From the NCBI RefSeq assembly GCF_964204645.1, contig NC_134028.1, positions 19,165,653 through 19,229,652 of the forward strand: 64,000 nucleotides of DNA, in the 5' to 3' direction. Origin of the DNA: Tubulanus polymorphus (lineage: Eukaryota > Animalia > Nemertea). The notes beneath the pieces were generated by a model. The model was not told the DNA's origin. It was given only the letters and a program-made list of their open reading frames with translations, and ran no database searches. Positions 23,832 through 37,130 of this stretch are shown in pieces. The translations under genes and the position numbers were made by a program. Position 1 is the first letter of the stretch; each line of letters begins with the position of its first letter.

Positions 23832-26206
23832 GATGTCAATTTCTGAATTATCTCAATAGAGAGTATAGGCCTAGTACCTTAACACGCGTGGGTCTTGGAA
23901 GTGCACCCCTCAAAGGCTTGCGCTGGACCCAACATTTAACATCTCTCATTTATGACGAATTGTGAAAATAACATGAATGTAAAGTATTAGTTTATAGCTA
24001 AAATATCGTCACCGAAACTAGCTCCCTGGCCCAAAAACATAACACTGTCGTCAGCACTGTGGGAGCCTACCGGTCTACCATAATCTGGATCAGTTAACCG
24101 GCCAGCTCTAACATGCAAACTCATTTTTGGTGATGGCTGATGATATCCTGATATTGAGGAATGCAGAACTCACAGTTTTACTATGGTTGGTAAATTGCAG
24201 TGTTTTAAAACCGCCATCTGCGAGAGTGCATCTTCAATATCGTATAAAATTGTTTTTCACTATGACACATATGCATGGTGTTAATCTATACTTGAAACGG
24301 CGAAACTTTGTCACGGGTTGTCGCAGTCTAGTGCACTTGGCATTGACAAATTTTTGGTACCACATGAAAGACATTGGCCGTGTATGGCCGTGTGCACATC
24401 TGTTTGAAATATCCAAAGGCTATTTTGTCATTTGAAACAAGTGTGGGCCCCAGAAACCCCGAACACATATCACCACATCTGCTTCAATGACATAACTCAA
24501 GCCAAAGTCGCAGTAGTTTTAGGGAATATATTTCTCTCATTGATTCTGCATCTTTTGCTACAGTTTTACTTCCTGTGGCCTTCGCATAAAAAATGAATGT
24601 TCTTTGAAAAACTAAGATTGGAAAGAGAATTCGGTGGATCGTTTTCATCGCAATAGGCCCAGTGATCTTTCACTAACGCCACGCAACGCATTTCCGTCGC
24701 AAATCCTCCAAATTTGCGTACCGGGTACTCGATAAAATCCACTCACATATCATATACCGGGTACTTTCCTTGCAAACATCAATTTTTCCCGTTCTGCGTG
24801 AACTAAACTCTCGCGCACTTTCCGCGCAATTGATAACGCTTTTTAATAAATTACGTAAATAATTGATATTTTTCAAGGTGCATTTTTATAGAACGGTAGG
24901 CACTATAGGCCCATACCACTTTTTCTGGGGCCCAACTTCACCCTCGCAAAAACCCTGAGTGGCGGACTCCACATCGTTATATCGATCACAGAGAATTAGG
25001 CCTTTTATCAAGTTTAAAGACTTTTAAGAATGAATTTTAAGTTAAGTATTAATGTTCGAATACAAAAATCATAAAATCGATCATAGTTAATAAAGTTAAT
25101 AGACCACAGTACGTTCATCCATCGATAATAGGCATGTTATGTGATGGACCACGTTACGCAAGGGATGGACCAATGATAAAATAGTTGGCGTATTGCTTGT
25201 ATTAAAGTCCCGCAAAAAGTGATTCGCAATATTTCAAGCAAAAACGGGCGAACCAGTCCGTTGATCAACATCAAATGTTGATATCAATTTTTAACAATAC
25301 ATTGTGTATAGTTGCAAATTGATGTCAACATTTACCGTCACCATATAGCTGGATTCTTGCGGTGACCTCATCGATCAAAGAAACAATTATTGATTCACAT
25401 TAACATAACATTTCAAAAAATTTTCCCTGATTTCCGTCTAAATTTCGAAAAAAAATTGAATTTCGAATAGCTGATTCTTTATTTCTATTTTAGTCTCAAA
25501 AAATAGTTTTACTGGTTTCCCATCTACCAGTAGTCGGGCACAGTGATCCAGAGTCATTTAAAAGTATTGGGATTTTTTCGCAGAATTTTTCTGACGTTCT
25601 GAAGACTGAAAAACGAAATAACGTGTTTTTGGATCTACTCAAGTCGCGGAGAGAAATAAACGTAGTGAAAATTGCTATTTGGTCGACAATAAGTGCGTGG
25701 CCAAAAACCGTGCCCGTTGGTCCACTTCACAAATCTCGACAAAGAACCTGCGTCCCTCAAATTAACTGAAAATCTTATCAAATATGACATTATCCGAAAG
25801 CCACTACTACAGTAACCCATCAGAATAAGTATCTCAGCGACGGAGCCGGCCCTCTCAGCGCCTACAACATACCGAACATGTATCGACATCGACACGATGA
25901 CAGGTTTTATTTGATAATTAGTGCAACTGATTGGATCGGGAGCGGAGGTGGAGTGGAGCGATCGATTTACTCATTAATGGTCAAGTTAACAAGTTAACTG
26001 ATGGCAGCAATTTTGAGTCAGCTATTGCGCTTTTGATGCAGAGTCGAGGAAATTATCGAGTGACCAGTAAAGTGTGAATACATCAGATCGTCCTGCGGGT
26101 GGTGTGTAAACCGAACCAATTCATTCATCCTTCTTCACATTCGATTCATTCAAAATTCAACACAAATTCATCATGCCTGCCTATTGCTAAAATACTCTTA
26201 GTCTCA

Positions 26207-27168
26207 CCACAGGCACTTGAATATGGGCTTTGACCTTGTTGGTGTGTTAAAAATGATAAAATTTATCGTAATCTCTGATAAAAACACCAATGGGGTTGCC
26301 ACGGGTTATAGGCCTAACGTTCGTTACTGGACGGAAGTAGGTATCAGTTTTCGCGTCGTAAGCCAACTACATTTCAATGAAAATCCGTCGGTTCAAGTTT
26401 CCAGTAAGCATTTTCTCAAAAAATTGGAAAATCTTGGAAGAGGTGAGTGCGTCTATAGTTTTTGAGAAAATGCTTACTGGAAATTTGAACCGACGGATTT
26501 TCATTGAAATGTAGTCGGTTGACGCGAAAACTGATACCTACTTCCGGTAACGAACGTTAGGCCTATAACCCGTATTATCCATGATGCAACTGTTTTACCC
26601 ATGATCCAATGCGTCCCTCATATTAACTGAAAATCTTATCAAATATGACATTATCCGAAAGCCACTACTACGTTCTATCCCTCGTCTACCTATACTATAC
26701 AGAAAGGCTGGAAACGTTCCTATCTCCGTAATGCTTAAATCTACCCGCAAATATCGGGACAGATGACGTCACAGCAATCCTGAAGAGGCATCGCGAATTT
26801 TCAAAAATCAATTTTGTTGCCAGTTAAAATCTTTAATGGAGCTAAAACAGTGTCAATGTTTCCAAAAAAATCATCTACAATTGAAATTATGGGCGCTCCT
26901 TATATTTCAGGTTTAAAATTGACACTAAGGACGTACTTCGGCAATCATCGGCAGTGTTCGGCTGTCCCGATAATTACGGGTAGATTTAAGCATTACGGAG
27001 ATAGAATCGATACAGCCTTTCTGTATAGTATAGTTAAACGACGGGCGCGCGTTGCATCATGGGTAAAATATTATAAAACATGGCGGATTATCGAAGTAGG
27101 AACAACGTATCGCTGGTGAATTATTAAATATTTATCCATTATCAAAGCCCATATTCAAGTGCCTGTGG
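26207..27168. mobile_element. Foldback element (CCACAGGCAC termini, 5-bp TSD) with nested palindrome 26301-26573
   Basis: 27-bp perfect TIR CCACAGGCACTTGAATATGGGCTTTGA; TCTCA at 26202-26206 and 27169-27173; inner arms 26690-26762 and 26963-27032. Confidence 0.7.
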
Positions 27169-27300
27169 TCTCACTCTCAGGTACACCTGACGTAACATTC
27201 TGGCCACTTTTTTTGCAGGTCCATTTCAGCCATTAGACGTGTAGTAAGCGAATACCATACCTAAGTCATTTGTTTATTAAAGTCATCAACGTAGTAGATT

Positions 27301-27451
27301 GGGATCATTCATTAATTACGTACGCATAAAATTTGAATTTTTCAACCCCCCCTTCCCTCTGTACACAAACTTTTTTCGTATACATTAAGCATTACAGTAC
27401 GCAATTGCACTGACCTCTCCCCTAATGCGTACGTAATAAATGAATGACCCC
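27301..27451. mobile_element. Small MITE (GGGATCATTCATT...AATGAATGACCCC); second copy at ~36005-36177
   Basis: TIRs plus a second dispersed copy. Confidence 0.65.
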
Positions 27452-27538
27452 ATACTCAGTAATAACGTAACGTTTTGGTTTTGCCTTTTTTTAGGACAAG
27501 TTTCACCATTGGTATTAAGGACGACGATTGTCCTCGTC

Positions 27539-30500
27539 ATGTCTCGATTTGATGTGGATTGCTTCGTGAAGCCCCCCGATCACGAACTCATATGCTGCAT
27601 ATGTCAGTTTGTTTTAGACCAACCAGTGGAAAGTCCTTGTCGACATGTATTTTGTCGTATTTGCGTTACTCGATGGCTCGATACAAAAGATTCGTGTCCG
27701 ACGTGTCGTCATTCTCCGCTGCTCGAGGCTCACCTGAAACCTGCACTGCCGCTTATACAGAACATGATCAATAAACTCGAAATACGATGCAAGAATTTCA
27801 CAAATGGCTGCCCGGTGCAGTTTGTCGTCGAGTTCTTTGATCAGTTTCATCAGGATAACTGTGACTATCGATTCATTCGTTGTAAATATAAGAAGTGTCA
27901 ACGTGAGATTTTAGCAAAGCACGAAGCAAAGCACGATTCGGAATGTGACTGGAAAGAAATCCAGTGCAATAAACAATGTGGCCTTCATATTCTAGCCAAA
28001 GATTTGATCACTCATAATTGTGTGGAATCACTGAGAAATATGGTTGCCGGTAAGTAAGCCGTTTTATCGATTTCTGGAGGTTGACATTGCTGGAAACTTT
28101 TCTAGATATTTGATATGATTATTAGATTTGATATATTATGTTCTAGATACGATAGTTTTATAGCTGGCTATTGCCTTCACTTTTGTCGTTCATCCATAAA
28201 ACAGAATCTAGTTATTCTGGAAAGTTTTGAAGACGCCTTAATGGATTATCTTGATGTTTTTATCTATCCTAGACAAATTTGCAGCCCAACTGGTCAGTTT
28301 CTCCATTTTTTGTTAAAGGGTAACTGACACTTTTTTTAAGATTTTCTACTTTTTACACTAAACGATATATTATAGTATACAATAAGGCTAGGTGATTTCA
28401 TAATTGGAACAAGAAAATTAACTTTAATAAATTATTTGACGCCTGCGAAAAAATGTAGAATTTCTGCGAGAAGCTAATGTGGAATTGCAAATTTGAAATC
28501 GAAGTTTTAAGAAATTTGGGGAATTATGAGATTTGGCGATTGGGTAGATGATACAGTCTTCAACTGGTCTAATTTTAAAAAAATTGTCAACTTGTGACCG
28601 ACATCGATTCACTTTTGCCTCTAAGCTGGTCTGCAACTTCATTGCCTCCATGGTTGAAGAAAGAGTTCTTTGGATGTTTGCTTCATCATGACGTTGATCA
28701 TATCGTGTAGCCAGCCGGCCCGGTCCTGGGGCCCGGTTTGGTTGTCACTCGATATCCTAGACTTGAGTCTGGGTTGAAGTAGACATTGTCATTTAAAGAA
28801 CTTATTCATGTTATTCTGTATGAATTAACCGTGTGTCTTGTATTTTGTATTTTCTTATTTTAAGATTTGTAAGTTTTTTCAATTTTATCCCGGAATTTCA
28901 ATGTAATAAGGATCAATAAAGTATTGAATTGAATTGTCACCTTATACACATGCCATCAATGGACGCGGAGCCGTATATGACAGCTATGCTATTATAAATT
29001 GCTAATCTCATGAAACTTGCATACCCCTTATATCGAACATATTTTCTAAAACATTTGAATATTGAAATTATATGTTAACACGTTTTTTACCGCTTGTAGC
29101 CGCCGATGAAATTCACGCCGGCCCTACTCAGATCGTAGATAGCTTCGTCATTCCACTAGCATCCCCATGTCAGGGTCTGACTTTTAATCAGACTTCCAAA
29201 TCGTGTATACATCCGCCATTTAACCGAATAGTCCGATTTACTTATCATTTCTATTTATGCCTGCCGCTCCTGATATAATCATACATCCTTTACTATTACA
29301 ATACATCTTCTCATGATATTCAATGCAATATAACATTTCGACGTTCAAATAGACGTCATTATATAATCACAGGGAGCCATTCTACATCTTTATCAATAAT
29401 ATTTTGCCAAATAGCTTGTATGTGTACACATAAACCTGTGACGTTTTGCACATCGATTTACGGTTGTCGTTTGTAAAATGACGCTGAATGGTTAACATTG
29501 TTTAGGTTTCATAATGGTAACGTTTTATAAGGCGTCAAAAAATCTTTTCAATCTAGTCAGAATTGATGATTTTGATGTTCGCGCACCTGTTCAGTGTATA
29601 CATTGCTTCTGCTGAACGCGTGGTGCTGTGTCTATTAATAGAACTACGTCACTAAAGTAACGGCTCGGAAATGATGTCTAAAGAAATGAATAGGAAATAA
29701 GCTACAAGAGCAATTCAACTTAATTTTATACCTATTTGGCGTTCGAATTGAGACAAAATGCCTCTTGATTTTGAAAGTCTGCATATTAATGATTATAATT
29801 AGCTGTTGAACGGACCATATCCGTTCAAACTAAGCGCAAAAATAGGATTTGAATAGCAATCCATGGCATTTTCTAGTAGACAGCAGGGAACATGGATGTT
29901 TAAATCATCGTTTTGTAATATCATTTAGTGATAGTAAGCAAGATCATGGTTAGATCTAAGAATATTTTGACTTATGAACTGATGATGAAACTAAGACAGA
30001 ATTACCTGCAAGAATAATTTCAATTCTTTTCTTGAAATATACCTTGTATTGGTAGCGGCTTTGGTCACAAAATAAGAATATTTCCTCATCCATCCTATTT
30101 TAAAACTTAGAAATAATGTTTGTGAAAGATTTGTGATGTTTTTATCAAAACTCTTCTGCAGCGTGTAACTTTAATCGAAAAACATTAATCCTTTGAATAT
30201 TTGTTGTAAAGGCTGTAGAAATTTATGAAAGTTTTTGTAGAGTTTTGAAGTGTTAGTTTTCAAACTAGGCCTACTTAGAAAAGACTTTGACTTTGAAAAA
30301 TAGTAAATAGTAAACGAATATAAATCTATTTATTCTTTAGCGAGATCGAAATCTGTGATCACATAAGACACTGTAGTATGCTTGTGGTGCTGAACTATAG
30401 GTGAACTATGGAGCAGCAGTAACAGTGCTGAGAGCTTAGCATAATGTACTTTAAAATAGCTTCATAGCAGCGGATTGAAATCTGCATCTTCAATTTGATC

Positions 30501-33500
30501 GATTTTAGCCTATTCAAATTACTCATTGATTCTTTGAAATAGGTTTATGCAATAGACAATAGATCCTTTTACCTCCCTGGCCAGTTTCAAAGCTGTAAAA
30601 CAATCTGGCATTGAGATATAACGGAAAATACACGCAGTTTCCTCAAAATTCAACGCATTTCTATAGACGCTATTTCTCAGCTCGGCCTGTAATGACGTTG
30701 CAGCGCGCACCTGCTGATTTAGCCGACGCTGAACAGTAAGCGATGTAAACAACGAAATGAGGTCAAAAATCTTGTTACAAAATCACAAATTGCGCGTTAA
30801 TTAAACATTTTGGAACAGAACAGTTGAAGATGAGTGTATAGATCAATAGAATACATCATATTTTGAAATAAAAAAAAAAGTGTCAGTTACCCTTTAACTT
30901 TAAACCGCTACAATTTTATTAGATTTTATTCCTACAGTTTTATCAAATCAAGATTAAAGACCTTGGGCAATTTAGGATAAATAATGATTCATTGAAACAT
31001 TGGCCCATGTTTCAATGAATCATTACTTATATTGCACCTTTTATCAGATCAAGATAATGTGTACCAATGATATATGTGGGCCAAAGCCTAAATAATATGG
31101 CGCCTTTTTAGCCCACTTGGGACTGGAGCGGGCTATTGTGTTCTCTATTCATCAGTTGTTTGTCTGTCCCATCCGCCCGCAGACGTAATCCAGTTATTTC
31201 GGAGATGATTCAATGATTTTCATGATATTTAATTTACCTTAAACATGTCTGCAGCCCAAAAAAATGGCCTGATCAGATTGAAGATGCCTGACCGGCAGCC
31301 ATTTTGTTTGCCAAAATAATCAGCCCTTATTGCACAGTTCTGAAGTTTTCAAGAGAAATTTCGAAGACACTTTAATCTACCTTAATGTTTCATATTGATA
31401 TGTAAGCCCCTAGGACCCACCATCATATCGGGTTGATCAGACACAAAATTGCTGCCCTATGACCATTTTATGCCCAGAAAGGTCATTTTTGGCCTGAGTT
31501 TTGACCTTACAAATAGCTAATACAAATGGTTTGCAATTATCTGTTAAAATTCTTGATGAGTTATTTGGGAAAGGGATCTCTAAATACTTAAGACATGTTT
31601 TTTTATTTGGCAGTTTTCACGTAATTTGTGACCATCTTAGTCTTGTCAGTCTCCATGTATCGTGCGTAGATAAGTTAAAGGTTTTTATGCAGCTGTCAAT
31701 CTGCTGTCTATACCCACCCCCTCAGACAATTAACAGGCTATCACTATCCTTATAAAAACTGATTGTCAAGTCTTCGCCAGAAAAAGCAGCAAGTTTCACC
31801 AGGATATCATGGATATGCTGAGGATTTCAGGCACGATCATGGACAGCCTATCACCAACATCGAGATCCAGGACAGACGGACCATTAAAGTTTGTAACACA
31901 ACCCTCAGATTGGTCAACCCCCGATATATCGCCCTCCCACATACTCCCAGGTTTTCTCAACGTATATATCTTTACAAATACATAAGTAATTTAAAGGATT
32001 TCAGATTATAAGCAAAGCAACTGAGAGAGCATATCATGCATTACAGCATTATCCATTCTCGAATTCCTTCCTAGGAAGACAAATTTTGAAAAAAGGCCTC
32101 GTTAGAATTTACAGGAGGTTTTTTTCACGAAAATCTGAATGCAGAATTATCGGTTCTATAAAGCCAGTCAGAGAGCCAAGTCTCCTCCATGATTGGATTA
32201 GCCGCAGAAATCAGCAGGTGTTTAGGTGAACCTGCGTTTTCTAGGCCTACTGTTTTATTTCAGGATTTCATTTTAATTAAGATTAAAAATTGTATTTCAA
32301 GATCGATTTCTGTGTGTTGACTTTTGGTTTTTGCACAACAGAAAATTTATCCTTGACAACTGTTAGGAAAAATATCTTTTTCTCAAATCGATGCTAGGCT
32401 TGGATGACCTTGATAGGCCTATGCTAATTTGCCATGTGCATGAATTGTAAAATCAATCAAATTATATCCTCTAAGAAAAAACATCAAATGCAATTTTATT
32501 TTATTGACAAAATTTCATCCAATCCAATTCAATTGTATGCACTGTATTTTATAGGCTCCCTACGACTCCTAGATCCCTTGAAAACATCTAAAGCGAGGCC
32601 TAAAACTCCTTGAAAACTCCCTCAAGGGAGAGTGCTGGGCCGGGGGGTGGCGGGTAGGCTACAAGGCGTGCGTGGGACGTTTTGAGGCTATTACTTTCTT
32701 TGCACCAGGTAGCATTGAATTACAAAACTGTCAGATTGTCAAAGCATTTTACCAAGTCGACTTGGTGTCTGTAGGCTGCCCTCTTATTCCCATATGCTAG
32801 TTACTAGGGAAAGGGATAGGGATCTGGTATAACTGCATGTATGCAGCTTTTGCATGGTTGATGCCTTCTAAAAGCAAATCAGCAAATAAATGCTTTTCAA
32901 ACATACTCCAAGTCATATTTCTTTGAACGAAAGAGTGGTTTTTCCCATTTAATATGGTAGCCAAGAAGTAGGCCTATATGGTAGAACGATCCAGGAGCAC
33001 ATGCTCCTGTCGCAATTCTCCTGTGCCCTTTTGAAAATACAATGGCAATTTTTTCGGAGCACTTTTTACACCCGCAATGAATAAGACAATAGTCTACAAC
33101 ACACTACAAGATTTAGCTTATATTCTCGTTAATGTCACTTAAGTGCCTAGAAATTGTTTGAAAATGCATTGGAATTTCTAAATATTTCAGACCCTTGTTT
33201 TGGCCCTGGGTAGCTTTTGGTTAATCTACTAACAAACATTACACTTGCTTAAACACCTCTCTAAAGCAGGGATGAGACTTCCCCGCGGATTTCGGTACTG
33301 AAAAATGATTCTTCTAAATAGTCCTAAAATGATGTAAAAGTATAAGGGGGTGATGATGGTCCCACGCAGCTGGTCGGGTGCAATTGGTAATCTGGTGTAC
33401 TGAAAAGCGCTCAGCACCTGTTTTACTTATTGTCTCGTATTGCATTTCAATGCGTTTTCATTGCAACACTGATTTTGTATCTACTACATGTGTATGTATT

Positions 33501-35388
33501 TTATCATCCGTTGCAGAGACGCGCGCATGGCAACAGTAGTAATGTATACAGGCCTACTACTGTTGCCGCGCTCGTATGTGGCAAGCCCCTTCAGATATTA
33601 AACGCTGTGATGATTTTTAGTGAGCATTCATCGCCACATTTTTACTGCAATAATTCAGCCTCAACCGTAATGCATGAGATGCTGATTGTCAACGAATGAG
33701 GATGTGCCACATTGGAAATAGCCATTACCTTCCAAAATATAATAGTCGTGCATGGGTTCAAGATCGCTTTAAGTGCTCGGAAAACGCTTTTAATTAAAGA
33801 AATTACGCCTTCAGCTGGTTCACGTTTGAAACTCCACAAAAATACCACAGATTTTATAGGTTGTCAGCTCATCCCAGCTAAAGAACTGCTGTACAGATGA
33901 CTGATTGAGTCTGAACAGCAATCCAAGTCGATCGGCTCTGACTTAAGCAGAGTCTACTGTATCATGTTTCTGATTTCTGCTCATTCAATTTTGAAAATCT
34001 TATTCATTTCAGATTTGATGAAAACTGTGGAGAATTTGAAAACTGAAGTTTTAGATTTGAGAATGCAGCTGTCGCAGGTCGAGGAGAGGAATAATAATAC
34101 AGTGAATGATGATTACAGTGATTTTATGGATGATTACGATGATTATTTCCAAAATGATGATGATCTCACATCTTTTTCTGGCAATGAGGAAGAAGATAAT
34201 GTTGCCGATGAATTCGCGACGAATGAAATTGAGCGTAACATTGAAAATTTATTTGGCAATGGTGATGACGATGGCGATAACGACGCATGGGCAAATCCGG
34301 ATGAAAACGATGTACGTTCGGGTAATGATGAAAATTCGAGTGATATTCTAGCTGAGTCTGATATAGATTACCGTGATAATGATGATGTGAATGAAGATGC
34401 TCGATCGGATTCACTTGCCGGATTTTCTGATAGTCCTCTTCCGTCGCCATCGTTTCTAGGGCGTTCACCTTCGGAATACGCTTCTCCAAGAAACGATGCG
34501 TCTGATAACGGTATTTCTGTGCAAAGTTACGTTTCGGATTATAATGGCTCCACTCGACATAACGGCTCCGATGACGAATCTGGTCAGAATGATTTGTCAG
34601 AAAACGCTTCCTTGCAAAATAATGACAACTACCAAGATCCAGGATATCTTTACAGTCCATCCGAATATGATTCGAATCAGGAGCGTTCTCCCGTGCGGTC
34701 AGATACTCGTTATGAGGCTGAAAATGATTCCGATAGTTGTGGGTTTTCTTCTTATCGAAGTAAAACTAGATATTCGCCAGATTCAGCTGTAAATTTAATG
34801 TGTTCGCCCTCTCTGAGAAGTGAGTCAGATGATTCGCAATCGGCTTCAGAAAAACGAGATTGGAGACGTGAGAAATCGCATGAATCACCAGAACACGCTG
34901 CAATCAAACATTCACCGGTTCTTTCAAACCCAGCTGAGGCTCGTAAGCGTAAACTTTCACCTACACCTCCTCTGTCACCGTCAATACCCAGCACGTCAGG
35001 GACCTGTCCACAAAATAACACCCCGGATCAAAACCGATTTGACTGGTCCTCATCAGATGATAATTTGAATCATATTTCGAAACCGCGTAAACGTAGGAAG
35101 AAAGGTTCCAAGAAAAGTGCGAAGAAACGCAATCAGTCTAGCCCGATTGAAGGTTCCGATCAAAATAATGAACATAACTCGACAAGGTCGGCCAATCTGA
35201 GGCAGGATTATTTGACGTCTTGGGTTCAAGACACGCACCGTCAATCAGCTACAGTTACTAGTAGCACCACCGCTGTAGACATTGATATATTGCATCGATC
35301 ATCATCTGGCTATCAAACAAGAAGCAGTCATAATAGTAGTAATAGCAGTCATAACACACGATCTACAAAACAAAAACACCATAAATGA
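27539..35388 (+). CDS. C3HC4 RING + TRAF-type zinc finger E3 ubiquitin ligase (RNF151/RNF41/PDZRN-like N-terminus) with coiled coil and long acidic/Ser-rich tail, ~628 aa
   Basis: Exons 27539-28049 and 34013-35388 joined in phase 1. RING motif CCIC..PCRHVFCRIC..CPTC preceded by FDVDCFVKPPDHELI; CKNFTNGC..H..NC and CKYKKC..H..EC fingers. The acceptor at 27494 implies an upstream non-coding exon. Confidence 0.8.
28317..30893. mobile_element. Kolobok-like DNA transposon relic in the RING-gene intron
   Basis: TTAA|AGGGTAACTGACACTTTTTTT ... AAAAAAAGTGTCAGTTACCCT|TTAA: TTAA TSD with purine-start termini; no intact ORF. Confidence 0.7.
33267..33877 (+). mobile_element. hAT-like MITE with 6-bp TSD, copy 2
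   Basis: CAGGGATGAG...CTCATCCCAG; CTAAAG duplicated at 33261-33266 and 33878-33883. Confidence 0.75.
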
Positions 35389-36746
35389 TTACTATTACTG
35401 ATCCCAGCTATAAATCCCAGAGGTGGATTCATAAGTAGTAACTGACAACTCACAGTTGGCTTGGAGTTATCATGAATAGACTAATGTATTTTTTGCAGGT
35501 ATCAATCTGCACCCATTTCAGAAATTCACCATTGAATTTGTAGTGTGAAGTACACTGTTTGTAGTATAGTGATAAATGACTAATGTCTGTACGTGTAACT
35601 AGAAAAGAAACCCGTAAACCACATTTTCATCAATCTTTGGACAGTATATCTTTGTAATTGAAATTGGTAGGCCTAGTACGTAATGAATTCTTAAGCGGTG
35701 GGGGTGATGTAAGTTTTTCAAACGAATACTAAAATGTTTTAAATTTTCTAAAATGTTGACAATACGCAAGTTTAGGTGGTGTACCAAAGAAGATTACCGA
35801 GAACTTTTTGTATACTTTCACACTTTTTAGACTATCGCGATAGCGAAGTCCACATTTTCGGCGACTCACTTATTTTCGATGATAGTCGTGATATAATTTT
35901 CAAAATTTGACGACTATTCCACCAAAAATGGTAAAATTTCAATGCAGTAATAATGGCTTTCATGCTATTTTATATCATTGTGCATGTAATTCGTTAACTA
36001 ATTGGGGATCATTCATTTATTACGTACGCATAAAATTTGAGTTTTCCAACCCCCCTCCCCTCTGTACGCAAAATCCGCCATTTTTTCATATACATTAAGC
36101 GTTACAGTACGCAATTGCACTGTCCCCTCCCCCCTCCCCCCTCCCTTGATGCGTACGTAATAAATAAATGACACCCTGTCATAAATGAATAAATTATTTC
36201 ATGATCAGTAATGAATGAGTTTAGTTTAAGAACAACGAAGTAATAAATTTCAGTAATTCAATTCGTCATTCTGTTCAAACTGGTAGAATGATTTGATGTC
36301 CCCAGTGTTTGTCAATCTGAATGGTCCGAAATGTATACCAGTAACATTTTGCTGGTCCCAGTCCCAGTGCCGCTGGGAAATTTTCACATCCACCAATACA
36401 AAATCTATGTTACATCTTATGACTTCAGATCCTATAAATCATTTAACAAGAGGTTCATAAATTGGCTCAAGTATAGTCTTTGAAGGGGGTGTTAGGCAGG
36501 TTGGGGATCAATCGGTGGTGGTATATCTGGGTTGACTTAGTATACTATTCCTATCTCAGACAGAAGATTTCATGCTAGCATTGATAAGATTTTGACTTAT
36601 ATCATCATAGAATAGCTATTGATCAGCCCTGGTTTATTGATAATCAAATCTGAGCATGGTTGACCCTACCAGTATTTTAAAATTTGCTTCTCAGTAGAAT
36701 TTTTTGATTATGTTTAAAAAGATGTTATATGATATACATATTGTAA

Positions 36747-37130
36747 AGCTAGGGGCACACGAGCGTACTTTTTTGCCTGATTCCGCCGACGAATTTATAC
36801 GCCCGATTAAGAGCGGGCACACGTAGCGACCAAACCGACAGCATACGCCGTTTAAATGGGAGACGGTTAATAAATCACGTGATATCAACGATGCGTCCTA
36901 TTGTTTGATAGGAATGGATCGCTCGGCGGAATTCGCCGAGTGCGGGCAGACGGGCGAATTTTTGCGGGCGATCCGATCGCCGGCGTAAATAATCGGGTGT
37001 TAATATCAAACATGTTTAATGCTGGCCGACGAAATCGCCGTCGCCGTGAACTGCCACACGGGCGATTTTTTCGACCGATATACAAATTTGCCATGATCGG
37101 GCAAAAAATACGCTCGTGCGCCCCTACCTT
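36747..37130. mobile_element. GC-rich MITE
   Basis: TIRs AGCTAGGGGCACACGAGCGTAC.TTTTTGCC / GGCAAAAAATACGCTCGTGCGCCCCTACCT. Confidence 0.65.

Noticed and set aside
23171-23965. 177-aa and 117-aa ORFs
   Set aside because: They overlap the LTR-like repeat, show no recognisable domain and have no splice support.
34106-35244. Overlapping alternative-frame and antisense ORFs
   Set aside because: By-products of the low-complexity RING-gene exon.
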